From the NCBI GenBank assembly GCA_965247095.1, contig OZ251997.1, forward strand, positions 4,352,001 to 4,416,000: a DNA stretch of 64,000 bases. Reading direction: 5' to 3'. How positions within the stretch are numbered: the first letter of the stretch is position 1; every line of letters starts with the position of its first letter. The notes under the pieces were generated by a model, which worked only from the letters and a program-made list of their open reading frames with translations, had not been told where the DNA came from and ran no database searches. Made by a program: the position numbers and the translations under genes. Below are positions 8,315-18,351 of the stretch, in pieces. This DNA is from Candidatus Multivorans sp. Lineage in GTDB: Bacteria; Acidobacteriota; Thermoanaerobaculia; Multivoradales; Multivoraceae.

Positions 8315-9783
8315 GGCCGTCGCGGGCGCTCGCCTTCCTGCTGCTCGCCGCGGCAGCGCCGACCGCGCCCGCGACGTTGCCGGCCGAGCTTGAGCCCGCG
8401 CACTTCGAGCTGGACAACGGCATGACCTTCCTGGTCGTCGAGCGGCCGGGAAGACCCCTGGTCTCCGCCCTGTGGGCGGTGCGCGGCGGCTCGGCGTCCG
8501 ATCCGCCGGGGCAGCGGGGCCTGGCCCACGTCGTGGAGCACCTGCTGTTCGCCGGCAGCCGGACCGTCGGCACCGCGGACTGGGACGCGGAGGCGGGGCT
8601 GCTGCGGCAGTGGGAGCGTCTCTACGAGGACTCCGTCCGCCGGCGCCGCGCGGCGCCGGGTCTCGCCCGTCTCGAGGGTCGGCTGGCGACGCTGCAACGG
8701 CCGGGCGAGTACTCGGCGGTCTACACCCGTGCCGGCGCCTTCGGCCTCGACGCGGAGACCCGCCACGACTCGACCGTGTTCCAGGTGCTGGCGCCGGCGG
8801 AGAAGATCGAGCTGTGGTTCTGGATGGAGTCCGACCGGCTGCTCGAGCCCGTGTTCCGCGGCTTCGAGCGCGAGTTGCGCGTGGTCGAGCAGGAGCGTCG
8901 ACAGCGCATCGACTCGAGCCCGGCGGGGTCCTGGTTCGAGCTCTTCGACGCCGCCTTCTGGGGCGCCGGCCACCCCTACGCGCATACGCCGGGAGGGGAC
9001 CGGCTGGAGATCGCGGGTCTGCTGCCGGCAGACGCGCGGGCACACTTCGAGGCGGCCTACCGGCCGGAGCGGCTGGTTGCGGTGCTGGTCGGCGACCTGG
9101 CGCCGGAGCGCGCGCGGGAACTTGCCGAGCGCTACTTCGGCCGTCTCGAGCCTGGCAGCCGCAGCGGCAGGGGCGGCGCCGTCAAGGCCGACGACCGGTC
9201 GGATCCGCCTGCCGCGCCGGCTCTTGGATCCCTGGACGGACTCTGTGCCTGCCGCGGCCAGATCGAGATCCGTTATCCGACGGTGGCTTTTGACGCCGCC
9301 GGCGACGCGGTCGCGCTCGACGTGCTGGCGGGGGTGCTGAACGGGCGTTCGGGCCGGCTGCATCGCCGGCTCGTGCTCGCGGAGGACGCGGTGGCAACTT
9401 CGGCTTCGGCACAGCACGTGTCGCGGATGCAGGGGGGCTACTTCGCGGTGCGCCTCGAAGCTGCCGGCGATACGGGGTTGGAGGAACTGCTCCCGGCCTG
9501 GGACCGCCTGCTGGCGCAGGCCCGGGCGGACGGAGTCCAGAGCAGCGAACTGGAGCGGGTTCGGCGCCAACTGGCCACCGACTCCTTCCGGCAGATCGAA
9601 ACCGACGCCGGACTCGCGCACCGCCTGGCGGCGGCCGAGGTGCTGGGCGGCTGGCGGCAACTGGAAGGGTGGTTCGAGGCGGCGGCCGCCGTTCGCGCGG
9701 CTGACCTGGAGCGGGTCATCGACGCCTTTCTCGTGGCCGAGAAACGAGCGGTCCTGTCGCTCGAGCGGACCGGGGAGGGCTGA
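8311..9783 (+). CDS. M16 (insulinase/pitrilysin) family zinc peptidase, catalytic subunit
   Basis: LDNGM, GLAHVVEHLLFAG (inverted HxxEH zinc motif), HPY and YRPE-LV-VLVGD. GTGA overlap with the upstream gene. Confidence 0.88.
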   Translation: MRPSRALAFLLLAAAAPTAPATLPAELEPAHFELDNGMTFLVVERPGRPLVSALWAVRGGSASDPPGQRGLAHVVEHLLFAGSRTVGTADWDAEAGLLRQWERLYEDSVRRRRAAPGLARLEGRLATLQRPGEYSAVYTRAGAFGLDAETRHDSTVFQVLAPAEKIELWFWMESDRLLEPVFRGFERELRVVEQERRQRIDSSPAGSWFELFDAAFWGAGHPYAHTPGGDRLEIAGLLPADARAHFEAAYRPERLVAVLVGDLAPERARELAERYFGRLEPGSRSGRGGAVKADDRSDPPAAPALGSLDGLCACRGQIEIRYPTVAFDAAGDAVALDVLAGVLNGRSGRLHRRLVLAEDAVATSASAQHVSRMQGGYFAVRLEAAGDTGLEELLPAWDRLLAQARADGVQSSELERVRRQLATDSFRQIETDAGLAHRLAAAEVLGGWRQLEGWFEAAAAVRAADLERVIDAFLVAEKRAVLSLERTGEG

Positions 9784-9795
9784 GGGTTGCCGGCA

Positions 9796-9871
9796 GCTTG
9801 CGCGGCGGAACGGTACGCGACTCCGGTCCTGGGAACGCGGGCATCCTGCCCGCATCCGGCGCTGGCGCCGG
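9796..9871 (+). repeat. Dispersed REP-like element, short form (copy B)
   Basis: GCTTGCGCGGCGGAAC, then the 29-bp core CCTGGGAACGCGGGCATCCTGCCCGCATC (9828-9856), then hairpin CCGGCGC-TG-GCGCCGG. Confidence 0.85.
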
Positions 9872-11397
9872 TGCTCCGTCTGTTCGTCCTGTTCGGTCTG
9901 GCCGCGACGGGAGCAGCAGGAGTTGCCCAGATTCCGCCGCGCCCGGAAGCCCTGCGCTTTGAGCCGTCGTCCTTCGCAGCGCCGGATCCCGCCGGAACGC
10001 GCTTCGAACTGGCCAACGGGCTGCCGGTCTACGTCGTGCCGGATCGCAGCCTGCCCCTGGTCGATGTCGTGCTGGCGGTTCCGGTCGGCGATCTGGACGA
10101 GCAGTCGACGGAGGCGGGACTGGCCTCGATGACCGCGGCCATGCTGCGGCGCGGCGGCGCCGGCGACCTCGATCCGGACCGCCTGGACGACGAGATCGAC
10201 GCCCTGGGCGCCCGGATCCAGACGGTGGGCGCCTCGGCGCGGAGCGTGATCGCTCTCGACTGCGGCTCGGAGGCCTTGGGTCGCGGTCTCGAACTGCTTG
10301 CTGCCATCGTGCTCGAACCGCGCTTCGACGAGGAGCGCCTGGCCCAGGCGAAGGGCAACCTCGAGGTCAGCCTCGCCGCCCAGGACGACGACCCGCGGCG
10401 GCTGCTCGAACGGGAGTGGCTGCGGCTCGTGCACGGAGGCAGTGCGCCCCGCGGACGGCGGCTGACTCCCGAGGCGGTGGCCGCCTTCACGCCCGCGGCG
10501 CTCGCCGATTTCCATCGCCGCCACTACCGGCCCGAGGGCGCGGTGTTCGCCGTCTCGGGCGACGTGGATTCGGAAGCCGTAGTCGCGCGCCTGGATGTGC
10601 TGTTCGGCGACTGGACGGCGCCCGACGAAGGCGACCGCCCGGCGGCCGGTCCAAGCGCCGGCGGACCGGAGGCGGACCAGGTGGGCAAGGTGCGCGAGGC
10701 GCGAACGGGGGATTCGGCAGCCGCGGCCGCGATGCCGGGTTGGTGGCATGTGGATCGCCCGGGCGCCCAGGCCGCGATCGCCATCGGTCACCGGGGAGCG
10801 GTCTTCGATTCGTGGGACAGCCGCGACCGCTGGGCTCTGCTGCTCCTGACCGAGATCCTCGACGGCCCCGGCGCCGTGTCGCGCCTGCGGTCCCGTCTGC
10901 AGCTCGGTGACGGCCTGGTCTACCGCGTGCTGACAACCTTCGACATCGATCCCCTGCGGACCGGCTGGGGGCCGGAGCACGCGGGCGAGTTCCGTGTCCT
11001 CCTGGAGACCGCGCCCGAGTCGGCCGCCAAGGCTGCCGGCGCCGTGCTGCAGGAATTGCGGCGGCTGCAGCGGGACGTTGTGCCGGCCGGCGAACTCGAG
11101 ACCGCGAAGCAATCCCTGCTGGCCCGGTTCCCGCTGCTCTTCGACCGTGCCGAGGCGATTGCCGGCATGTACGCCGAGGACGAGTTGCTGGGCCGCCCCC
11201 ACGAGTACTGGTCTCGCTACCGGCAGCGTCTGCAGGCCGTGACCGTGGCCGACATCCGTCGCGCGGCGGAGCGCTTCCTCGACCCGGGCGGTGTGGTGCT
11301 GCTGGTGGTCGGGGATTGGGAGGCGGTGCGGGGTGGCGGAGGTTTCGCTGAGCTACGGCGCGCGGTTGGACAGCCGCGGGCCCTCGGGGAACAGTGA
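9871..11397 (+). CDS. M16 family peptidase, non-catalytic partner subunit
   Basis: LANGLPV, LPLV, GLASMTAAMLRRG (no HxxEH), SRL--RL---GLVY and VTVADIRRAA. Likely GTG start at 9871 after the REP copy, giving the signal peptide VLRLFVLFGLAATGAAGVAQ. The ORF track starts at 9787. Confidence 0.85.
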   Translation: MLRLFVLFGLAATGAAGVAQIPPRPEALRFEPSSFAAPDPAGTRFELANGLPVYVVPDRSLPLVDVVLAVPVGDLDEQSTEAGLASMTAAMLRRGGAGDLDPDRLDDEIDALGARIQTVGASARSVIALDCGSEALGRGLELLAAIVLEPRFDEERLAQAKGNLEVSLAAQDDDPRRLLEREWLRLVHGGSAPRGRRLTPEAVAAFTPAALADFHRRHYRPEGAVFAVSGDVDSEAVVARLDVLFGDWTAPDEGDRPAAGPSAGGPEADQVGKVREARTGDSAAAAAMPGWWHVDRPGAQAAIAIGHRGAVFDSWDSRDRWALLLLTEILDGPGAVSRLRSRLQLGDGLVYRVLTTFDIDPLRTGWGPEHAGEFRVLLETAPESAAKAAGAVLQELRRLQRDVVPAGELETAKQSLLARFPLLFDRAEAIAGMYAEDELLGRPHEYWSRYRQRLQAVTVADIRRAAERFLDPGGVVLLVVGDWEAVRGGGGFAELRRAVGQPRALGEQ

Positions 11398-11445
11398 TTC
11401 AGCCCAAATGGTGGTGGAGTCGGACACTGTCTTGGCACTAACATA

Positions 11446-14229
11446 GTGAGTTCACCCATCGTTCGAGGAGGAGGGGTCTTGGAGGGTAAGAGCGTTTGTG
11501 ACACGAGGCTCAGTGGCGCCGCGTTCAGTTGGTGCGGTCCGTTGGTCTACTCGCTGCTCCTGCTCGTAGCGACATCGGCAGCGGGCCAGAGGTTCGTGAG
11601 TCTGGAGACACGGGAAGACAACCGGAGCGCGTCAGCGCGCGCTGCCGGGCGGACAATCGTCGTCGATCGGGACCTGGTGCGCTCCGGGCCGCAGCGCCTC
11701 GAGTTGGAGACGCCGGACGGTCGGGTGCTGGCGGCCGAACGGAGCGTGTTCGAGGATCGGGGCGACGGCAACGTGATGTGGTCGGGCCGCTTTCCCGGCG
11801 CCGGCTACGACAGTGTCGTGCTGACGGTGCAGGACGGGCATCTTCAGGGAATGTTCGGCGAGCCGGGCCGCGCGGCTTACTGGATTCGCTCCGGTAGCGA
11901 TGGAGTGGGGCGGCTGGATCAGCCGGTCGGCACTGCGCTTGGGGACTCCGTCGACCTTTGCGCCGGCGGCATGGCGCCGGCGGCAATCGAACCCCTCGCT
12001 GCCGCCGTCGAGGCGCAGCGCGCCGACCCACCGGTCGGCGTGCCGGGCGCGTCGAATCACGACCGGCTCGACGTCCTGGTCCTCTACACCGTTGGCGCGG
12101 CGGAGGTGTGGGAGGCGTTCGACTACGGCACACCTCGATCGTCGGTCCAGGCCGCCATGGACTACATGGGTCTGGTGTTCCGCAACAACGAGTTGCCGGC
12201 CACTCCGCACCTCGTCCACTTGGCCGAAGCGCCGGCGGCCATGGACGGGCCTCTGGTTGTCTTGCAGCGGCTCACGTACACCAAGGAGATCGTGGAGCTT
12301 CAGGCCAAGTATCAGGCGGACATGGTCCATCTGTTCACCGGTGAAGCCGGCTCGACCCTCGGATACTGCGGCATCGCATGGCTATTGACACGCTCGGGGG
12401 AGAGGAACGGGTTCTCGATTCCCTACGGTGTGACCAGCGCGACGTGCAGCTTTCCGGCTCAGGAGGGGCGCTATCCCTACTTCGGTCAGGTCTTCGCCCA
12501 TGAGGTCGGTCACAACCTGGGCGCCAATCACGATCCCGCAAACACCGGGATCAGCGAGGATCAGGCGTTCAGGCCGTGGGCCTTCGGGCACTACGACATC
12601 ACGAGCAACCCGACGGTCGAGACGATCATGAGCTATCGAAGCTACTCTCCGCGCCAGTGGGTTCCGTTCTTCTCTTCGGTTCGGATCTCACCGAACGGTT
12701 GGACGATCGGATCTGAGGGCAAGAGGGAGAACGAGCGCGCCCTCTACGACAGCGTTCCCATTGCTCTTGAGTACAGCAACTCGATACAGGATCCGGCTGG
12801 CGTTTCGGACTTCTACACGCCGCCACCCGAAGCGCCGACCGGGTTGAAGGTGGCGCCGACGAGCAGCACTGGCGCCCGGCTGGAATGGCTGGACCGGTCG
12901 GACGACGAGCTCGGCTTCCGAATCCATGCCAGGGCCGGTGCGGGCATGTGGAGTATCGTCGATACGGCGGCGGCCGACCGCGAGTCCATCGAGGTCACCG
13001 GTCTGAAGCAGGAAGGCCGGTACACGTTCCGCGTAAGGGCGTACCACGACCGAGGCGCCGCGGATAGCGACAACGTGACGGTGACGCTGAAGAACACGGA
13101 CGGCCCCGGTCCCGGACCGGGAGGGATCAGCGTTCCGGACGATCTCACCGCGTCGGCGCTCGGCTTGACATCCGTCGAGTTGACCTGGGCGGGCGTGACG
13201 AAGGGGACGGTCGAGATCGAGGCGCGGACCTGGAAGGCGGGCTGGACGCAAGTGACGACCGCCGATGCCGCGGCCGGCCGGGCGACCGTGGCGAGCCTCG
13301 AGGCCGAGGCGCCCTACACGTTCCGGCTGCGGACCCTGGCCGCCGGTGGCAAGACATCCGCGTGGTCCGAAGAAGTCAGCGCGACGACCGGCGACGCGTC
13401 CGGGGCCTGCCGTACGGGCGGGCAGTACCTCTGTCTGTCGGCGGGCCGCTTTGAGATCCAGACGCACTGGAAGAACCACCTCGAGGAGGGAGTCTTCGGC
13501 GCGGCGACGGCAGTCCCGATCGACGTGTCGGACGAGTCGGGGATGTTCTGGTTCTTCAGCAGCACGAACATCGAGCTGGTGGTCAAGACACTGGATGGCC
13601 GGCAGATCAACGGCCACTACTGGGTGTTCTTCGGCGCGCTCTCCAACGTGGAGTACTGGGTCACTGTGCGTGACACGCTGGGGGGCGGCCGCCGGACGTA
13701 CCACAACCCGCCCGCGGAGAACTGCGGGCAGTCGGACACGATGGCGTTCGTCCCTGTGGGTGCGTCGTCGGCCTCGGCTGCGGGCGGCAGGAACCTGGCT
13801 CCGGGCTTCGACCTGGCGCCTGTGTCGTTGGCCTCGATCGACTTGCCGGACATCGGCCTGGGACAGGAGAGCGGGGGGACCTGCGAAGGAGACGAGACCC
13901 GCCTCTGCCTGCATGACGGCCGGTTCTCGGTCGAGGTGGAGCTCGTCGATCCGGGGGACATGGAGCGGAAGGCCGGCAAGGTCGTAACCTCGGTGGGGAC
14001 GAAGGAAACCGGGTTCTTCTGGTTCTTCAGTCCGACCAACGTGGAGTTGGCGGCGAAGGTGCTGGACGGCCGCGCGCTGAACGGGAAGTTCTGGTTCCTC
14101 TATGGCGGCCTGTCCGACGTCGAGTACACGGTCACGTTGACCGACACGGTAACGGGCGAGTCGAAGCCGTACCGCAACGAGGCGGGCAGTTTGTGCGGCG
14201 GCATCGACATCGAGGCTCTGCCACGGTAG
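11446..14229 (+). CDS. Secreted reprolysin-like (M12) zinc metallopeptidase + 2 FN3 domains + 2 FWFF-NxE-VKxLDG C-terminal modules
   Basis: LDVLVLYT, CGIAW, HEVGHNLGANHD and the TIMSY Met-turn. FN3-like APTGL...W-DRSDDE-GF...YTFRVRA. Start may be TTG 11479, which follows GGAGG. Confidence 0.85.
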   Translation: MSSPIVRGGGVLEGKSVCDTRLSGAAFSWCGPLVYSLLLLVATSAAGQRFVSLETREDNRSASARAAGRTIVVDRDLVRSGPQRLELETPDGRVLAAERSVFEDRGDGNVMWSGRFPGAGYDSVVLTVQDGHLQGMFGEPGRAAYWIRSGSDGVGRLDQPVGTALGDSVDLCAGGMAPAAIEPLAAAVEAQRADPPVGVPGASNHDRLDVLVLYTVGAAEVWEAFDYGTPRSSVQAAMDYMGLVFRNNELPATPHLVHLAEAPAAMDGPLVVLQRLTYTKEIVELQAKYQADMVHLFTGEAGSTLGYCGIAWLLTRSGERNGFSIPYGVTSATCSFPAQEGRYPYFGQVFAHEVGHNLGANHDPANTGISEDQAFRPWAFGHYDITSNPTVETIMSYRSYSPRQWVPFFSSVRISPNGWTIGSEGKRENERALYDSVPIALEYSNSIQDPAGVSDFYTPPPEAPTGLKVAPTSSTGARLEWLDRSDDELGFRIHARAGAGMWSIVDTAAADRESIEVTGLKQEGRYTFRVRAYHDRGAADSDNVTVTLKNTDGPGPGPGGISVPDDLTASALGLTSVELTWAGVTKGTVEIEARTWKAGWTQVTTADAAAGRATVASLEAEAPYTFRLRTLAAGGKTSAWSEEVSATTGDASGACRTGGQYLCLSAGRFEIQTHWKNHLEEGVFGAATAVPIDVSDESGMFWFFSSTNIELVVKTLDGRQINGHYWVFFGALSNVEYWVTVRDTLGGGRRTYHNPPAENCGQSDTMAFVPVGASSASAAGGRNLAPGFDLAPVSLASIDLPDIGLGQESGGTCEGDETRLCLHDGRFSVEVELVDPGDMERKAGKVVTSVGTKETGFFWFFSPTNVELAAKVLDGRALNGKFWFLYGGLSDVEYTVTLTDTVTGESKPYRNEAGSLCGGIDIEALPR

Positions 14230-14330
14230 CAGCGTGCGCGGCAGGAAGAATCGGCGTACCCAATGTTCTGCGGCGCACGCTCCTGGGTGTTGTGTCTCCG
14301 AATGACGAGCGACGTCTATACTGATTCGTC

Positions 14331-16859
14331 ATGAGTACTTTCCTACATCCCGGAGGCCGAGCCTCCGGCAAGGCATCTTCCAGGCCCCGTACCAACCCGC
14401 GGCGGCGGTTCCTTTCCGTCTGCGTGCCGCTTGTCCTTGTGCTCGGTGGAACGAGCGCCTACGGCCAACAGTTCCTGAACGTTGTCCCGCTCGGCGACGA
14501 TCCGACGTTGGACGGCTGGTCGATCGAGGTCGACTACGACATCGTGCGCACGGCGCCCCAGCGGCTTGAGTTCACGGCGCCGGACGGCCGCGTGCTGGCC
14601 GTGGAGATGCGGGTCTTCGAAGACCGCGGCGACGGCAACGCGATGTGGACGGGGGGCTACCCCGAACTGGGGTACGAGAGCGTCGTGCTGACGCTGCAGG
14701 ACGGCTACCTGCTGGGTCGTTTCGGCTTGCCGGAGGGCGGCACGTACTGGATTCGTTCCGGCGGCGACGGTTCCGGCCGGTTGACCGAGGGGCAGGCGAC
14801 GGGCGGCAACTGCGGCGGCGGCATCGTGCCGGAAGCGGATCCGGCCTTCCCCGCGGTGGAGGCGCTGCGAACCGATCCGCCACGGCGGGTGGTCGGGGCG
14901 TCGAACCACGATCGCCTCGACATCCTGATGCTCTACACGGCCTCCGCCGCGCAGCGGTTGGATCAGGCGGGCTGGGGGACGCCGGCCGCGTTCACGCAGC
15001 TTGCGATGGACTACCTGAACCTGGTGTTTCAGAACAACCAGGTCAACGTGAGCGCGAACCTGGTGCACTACGAGGAGGCGCCGGCGGTCCTGGGCCAGAC
15101 CAACGACCCGCTCCGACCGATGGCTCGGAACTCAGAGGTGTATGACCTGCGCGCAGAGCATGATGCCGACCTGGTCCACCTGTTCTTCAATACGGACACC
15201 GACTACTGCGGCCTGGCTTACCTGATGACCAAGCGTGTTGCGACGCCTCAGCAATTCTGGAGCAGCGGCTACGGCATCACGTCCGTGTTCGGCGGCTGTG
15301 TCTCCGCCGAGCGCCTGGTGCGGGAGGACGAACACGCGAACCAGTTCGAGACCTTCGCGCACGAGATCGGACACAACCTGGGCGCGAACCACGATCGGGA
15401 CAACACGAGCATCGATCCAGAGGATGCCATGTATCCGTACGCCTTCGGCCACCACAACTTCACCCCGCAGCCGAACGTCAAGAGCGTGATGAGCTACAAC
15501 GAAGGACAGCAGTTGCCCTACTTCTCGACCGTCCGCGAGCGGCCCGGAGGGTGGGACATCGGCGTCGCGAACGAGCGGGAGAACGAGCGGGCCGTCCAGC
15601 AGACGGTCCACATCGCGGTCCAGTTCAGCGACCATCTGCCCGAACCCGGGGAACCGCCCCCGCAGCCGCCTCCGCCCCCTGAGCCCGGCCCGCGGGCGCC
15701 GACCGGTCTCCAGGTCATGGCGACGGGCAACAGCAGCGTCAAGCTGACCTGGACCGATGAGTCCAACAACGAGAACGGCTTCGAGGTCGAGTCACGGCTC
15801 CAGGGCGCGCGCTGGCAGTTGGCGCTGAAGCTGCCTGTGGACACGGAGTCGGCCGATGTCGACGGCCTCCGAAGCGGTGGCCGCTACGACTTCCGCGTGC
15901 GGTCCTACAACCGGGGCGGTAGGGGCAGCAGCAACGTCGTCACGCTCGTGCTGCCGACCGCGGAGTACACGGACTGCGTGCCCTCGGCCGCGCAGATCAC
16001 GTTCGAACACGGTTACACCGTCAGCATGTGCATCGAGTACGAGAATCAGGACGGCGACACGGTGAAGGAGGATGCCCAGAACTACGGGTTGGATTCGCGG
16101 GAGTCGGGCCTGCTGTACTTCTTCGACCGCGACAATGCCGAGGTGCTGGTCAAGGTGCTCGACGCCTGTGCCGTCAACGGCTATCGCTGGGTGTTCGTGG
16201 CGCCGGTGACGACCCTGGCGTTCAACATGCGGGTCGACGAAGTAGGTTCCGATCGTTTCTGGCCGCACCAGAATCCGAGGGGCGGTCAGACGGCGACGAC
16301 CAAGAGCGACATTCGGGCCTTTCCCTGCGAGCCGCCCGGATCGTCCACGGCTTCGCGAGGTGATGTCGGCGGCATCCGTGGGGTGGAACTCGTCGATACG
16401 GGCTTCCCGTCTTCGTCAGTCCCGGTGGCTTCGAAACCGGACGCGTTTCCGGTCAAGCCCCCGGTCGCTGTGGCTCAGCCGATCAGCGGTGGGCAGGGGA
16501 CGGAATGCGAGCCGCAACCCGTGGTGACCCTTCGCGGTGGCTACACCGTGAACATGTGCGTCGAGTACATCGACAATGACGGCGAGACGGTGGTGGCGGA
16601 GGCGAAGGACTACGATCTGGACTCCCAGCAATCCGCCATCCTGTACTTCTTCAACCGCGACAATGCCGAGGTGCTGATCAAGGTGCTGGACGGCTGTAGG
16701 AACAACGGCCACCGCTGGGTGTTCGTGGCGCCCGTGACGACCCTGGCGTTCAACCTCACGGTCGAGTCGCCGGACGGGGAGGTCTGGACCCACGAGAATT
16801 CCCTGAACCAGACTGCGGCAGCGGAGAGCAACATCAAGGCGTTCGCCTGCGGTAGCTGA
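14331..16859 (+). CDS. Secreted reprolysin-like (M12) zinc metallopeptidase + FN3 + 2 variant C-terminal modules; tandem paralogue of the previous gene
   Basis: HEIGHNLGANHD and SVMSY. Shares FEDRGDGN-MW and GASNHDRLD with the upstream gene. Pro-rich linker, FN3, then two LYFF-RDNAEVL-KVLD-C--NG-RWVFVAPVTTLAFN modules. Confidence 0.87.
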   Translation: MSTFLHPGGRASGKASSRPRTNPRRRFLSVCVPLVLVLGGTSAYGQQFLNVVPLGDDPTLDGWSIEVDYDIVRTAPQRLEFTAPDGRVLAVEMRVFEDRGDGNAMWTGGYPELGYESVVLTLQDGYLLGRFGLPEGGTYWIRSGGDGSGRLTEGQATGGNCGGGIVPEADPAFPAVEALRTDPPRRVVGASNHDRLDILMLYTASAAQRLDQAGWGTPAAFTQLAMDYLNLVFQNNQVNVSANLVHYEEAPAVLGQTNDPLRPMARNSEVYDLRAEHDADLVHLFFNTDTDYCGLAYLMTKRVATPQQFWSSGYGITSVFGGCVSAERLVREDEHANQFETFAHEIGHNLGANHDRDNTSIDPEDAMYPYAFGHHNFTPQPNVKSVMSYNEGQQLPYFSTVRERPGGWDIGVANERENERAVQQTVHIAVQFSDHLPEPGEPPPQPPPPPEPGPRAPTGLQVMATGNSSVKLTWTDESNNENGFEVESRLQGARWQLALKLPVDTESADVDGLRSGGRYDFRVRSYNRGGRGSSNVVTLVLPTAEYTDCVPSAAQITFEHGYTVSMCIEYENQDGDTVKEDAQNYGLDSRESGLLYFFDRDNAEVLVKVLDACAVNGYRWVFVAPVTTLAFNMRVDEVGSDRFWPHQNPRGGQTATTKSDIRAFPCEPPGSSTASRGDVGGIRGVELVDTGFPSSSVPVASKPDAFPVKPPVAVAQPISGGQGTECEPQPVVTLRGGYTVNMCVEYIDNDGETVVAEAKDYDLDSQQSAILYFFNRDNAEVLIKVLDGCRNNGHRWVFVAPVTTLAFNLTVESPDGEVWTHENSLNQTAAAESNIKAFACGS
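16113..16754 (+). repeat. Internal coding duplication (16113-16226 vs 16641-16754, 528-bp period)
   Basis: Long identical stretches, for example ACCGCGACAATGCCGAGGTGCTG and CGCTGGGTGTTCGTGGCGCC-GTGACGACCCTGGCGTTCAAC. Confidence 0.85.
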
Positions 16860-16890
16860 TCAGGCGCGGTTTCTACGCGGCGGGCAACGG

Positions 16891-18327
16891 TCAGTAGACC
16901 GTCGTCTCCGGGTAGAACGCGTACCAACCGAACCAGAAGGCGACGTGGCCGGCGACTCGTGGCAGCGGGCTGCCGCCGCCGTCGGGGGCCAGGCTATCCT
17001 CTCCGATCCACCAGATTGACCCGTCGTCGGCGCGAAGCTGACGAAGCGGCGTCTCCTCGGGCGTTGCGAACCTGCGCTGACCGCGCTCGTAGGCGCGGAC
17101 GGCGCCGCTGGCCGGGTCCACCGAGAGCACGATCGGCACGCCGCCCAGGGTGTCGTTGACGAGACCCTCGCCACCCAGCTTCTCGAGCGGGTACGCCTTC
17201 GCTTCGCCGCCTATCCGCAGCGCGTAGATCCGGGCGTTTCGCTCCAGGGCGTCGCTTTGCCGCCACACGGGAAACTCGACGCCGGCGCGCGCCCGGTCCG
17301 CCGCGCCTTCCACGTAGCGGTAGCCGCTTTGCCGCGCGGCAGCCGGATCGGGGACCATGACGGTCGTGTCCGGATGCCGCTGCCGCCATGCGTCCCAGCG
17401 AGTCAGCGTCATCGGCAGCATGGTGAGCCGTGAACCCTGGGCGGCGCGTTCCCCGACCACGGCTTCGCCGGTCAGGTTGCTCCAGAGGCTGAGCGTGGCG
17501 CGGTCGAACATCAGCTTGTTCGAGCGGTAGAGAAGGCCGGAAGTGCCGAACATGAGCCGGGCGCCCTCGTCGTCGACCGCCGAGTACAGGATCCCCGAAC
17601 CGCACAGAGTGCAGAACGAGAGAGTGATCGGCTGACCGCCGACCGTGTCGTTCAGGAGTTCGTGCCAACTGAGCACCTTGACCGGATAGGCGCGGTGCTC
17701 GCCAGCGATCCGGACACCGAACACCGTGTCGGTGTCGCGCATGAAACGCGCGGTGTCGGCGGGAACGGACTCGGGGTCGTCGATGGCGGGGATTCCATCG
17801 AGCGGGACGCCGCCCCACTGGACTTCCCGAAGGCGGAGGCGCACCTTGGTTCCGGGGCCCAGAATGCGCCGGTACACGGGATCGATGCGGGAGAACACCT
17901 CACCCTTCCAGGCAAGGTAGCCGGGCGGCGGCGTCAGATCGTCGCGGCCGCCAACGTACAGAAACCAGTCCCGGTAGCGGCCGCCGAGCCGTTCACCTGA
18001 CAGGTCCTCCAGGAGCTGCCTGCCGTCCGCCCGGGCCTCGTTGCGCATGAAGAAGTAGGCGTCGACGAGGGGCACGAGGGTCGCGGGGCCGGCCTTGGCG
18101 AGTGCCTTCGCGGCCCGGCGCCTGGCTTTCTGCTTGTCCGACATCAGCCGCCGCAGACGGTCGTAGACTGCACTGTCGGCGCCGCCGGAGTCCACTGTGG
18201 AATACGTGGGCGCAACCGCCGGCGGATCGTCGGAATCCTGGGGTTGCGCTGGGAGTGCGGTCGAGCCGAGTAGCGCCGCCGAAAAGAGGATCGCGGCAGA
18301 GAGCCGGAGCAGGGAGTGAAGGGCCAT
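16891..18327 (-). CDS. DUF3179 domain-containing secreted protein
   Basis: WGGV--DGIPAID, RAYP---L-WHEL-ND, FCTLCGSG, FGTSGLLYRSNKLMFD and FWFGWYAFYPET. Signal peptide from ATG 18327. Confidence 0.85.
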   Translation of the reverse strand: MALHSLLRLSAAILFSAALLGSTALPAQPQDSDDPPAVAPTYSTVDSGGADSAVYDRLRRLMSDKQKARRRAAKALAKAGPATLVPLVDAYFFMRNEARADGRQLLEDLSGERLGGRYRDWFLYVGGRDDLTPPPGYLAWKGEVFSRIDPVYRRILGPGTKVRLRLREVQWGGVPLDGIPAIDDPESVPADTARFMRDTDTVFGVRIAGEHRAYPVKVLSWHELLNDTVGGQPITLSFCTLCGSGILYSAVDDEGARLMFGTSGLLYRSNKLMFDRATLSLWSNLTGEAVVGERAAQGSRLTMLPMTLTRWDAWRQRHPDTTVMVPDPAAARQSGYRYVEGAADRARAGVEFPVWRQSDALERNARIYALRIGGEAKAYPLEKLGGEGLVNDTLGGVPIVLSVDPASGAVRAYERGQRRFATPEETPLRQLRADDGSIWWIGEDSLAPDGGGSPLPRVAGHVAFWFGWYAFYPETTVY

Positions 18328-18351
18328 GATCGTCGGGTTCCCACAGATAGT

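Noticed and set aside
9787-9870. N-terminal peptide LGTRASCPHP on the M16 partner, and similar MRAGCPRSQ / CGQDARVP peptides in other ORFs
   Set aside because: These are translations of the REP-like repeat, not genuine protein sequence.
11432-11448. TTGGCACTAACATAGT, a possible sigma54 promoter
   Set aside because: The -24 box matches but the -12 position is GT, not GC, and it abuts the predicted start.
16113-16754. Repeat pair as a diversity-generating retroelement TR/VR
   Set aside because: Both copies are coding within one gene, the differences are not confined to adenines, and there is no reverse transcriptase in the window.
16891-18327. DUF3179 as a selenoprotein
   Set aside because: The redox-like motif is CTLC encoded by Cys codons, and there is no in-frame TGA.
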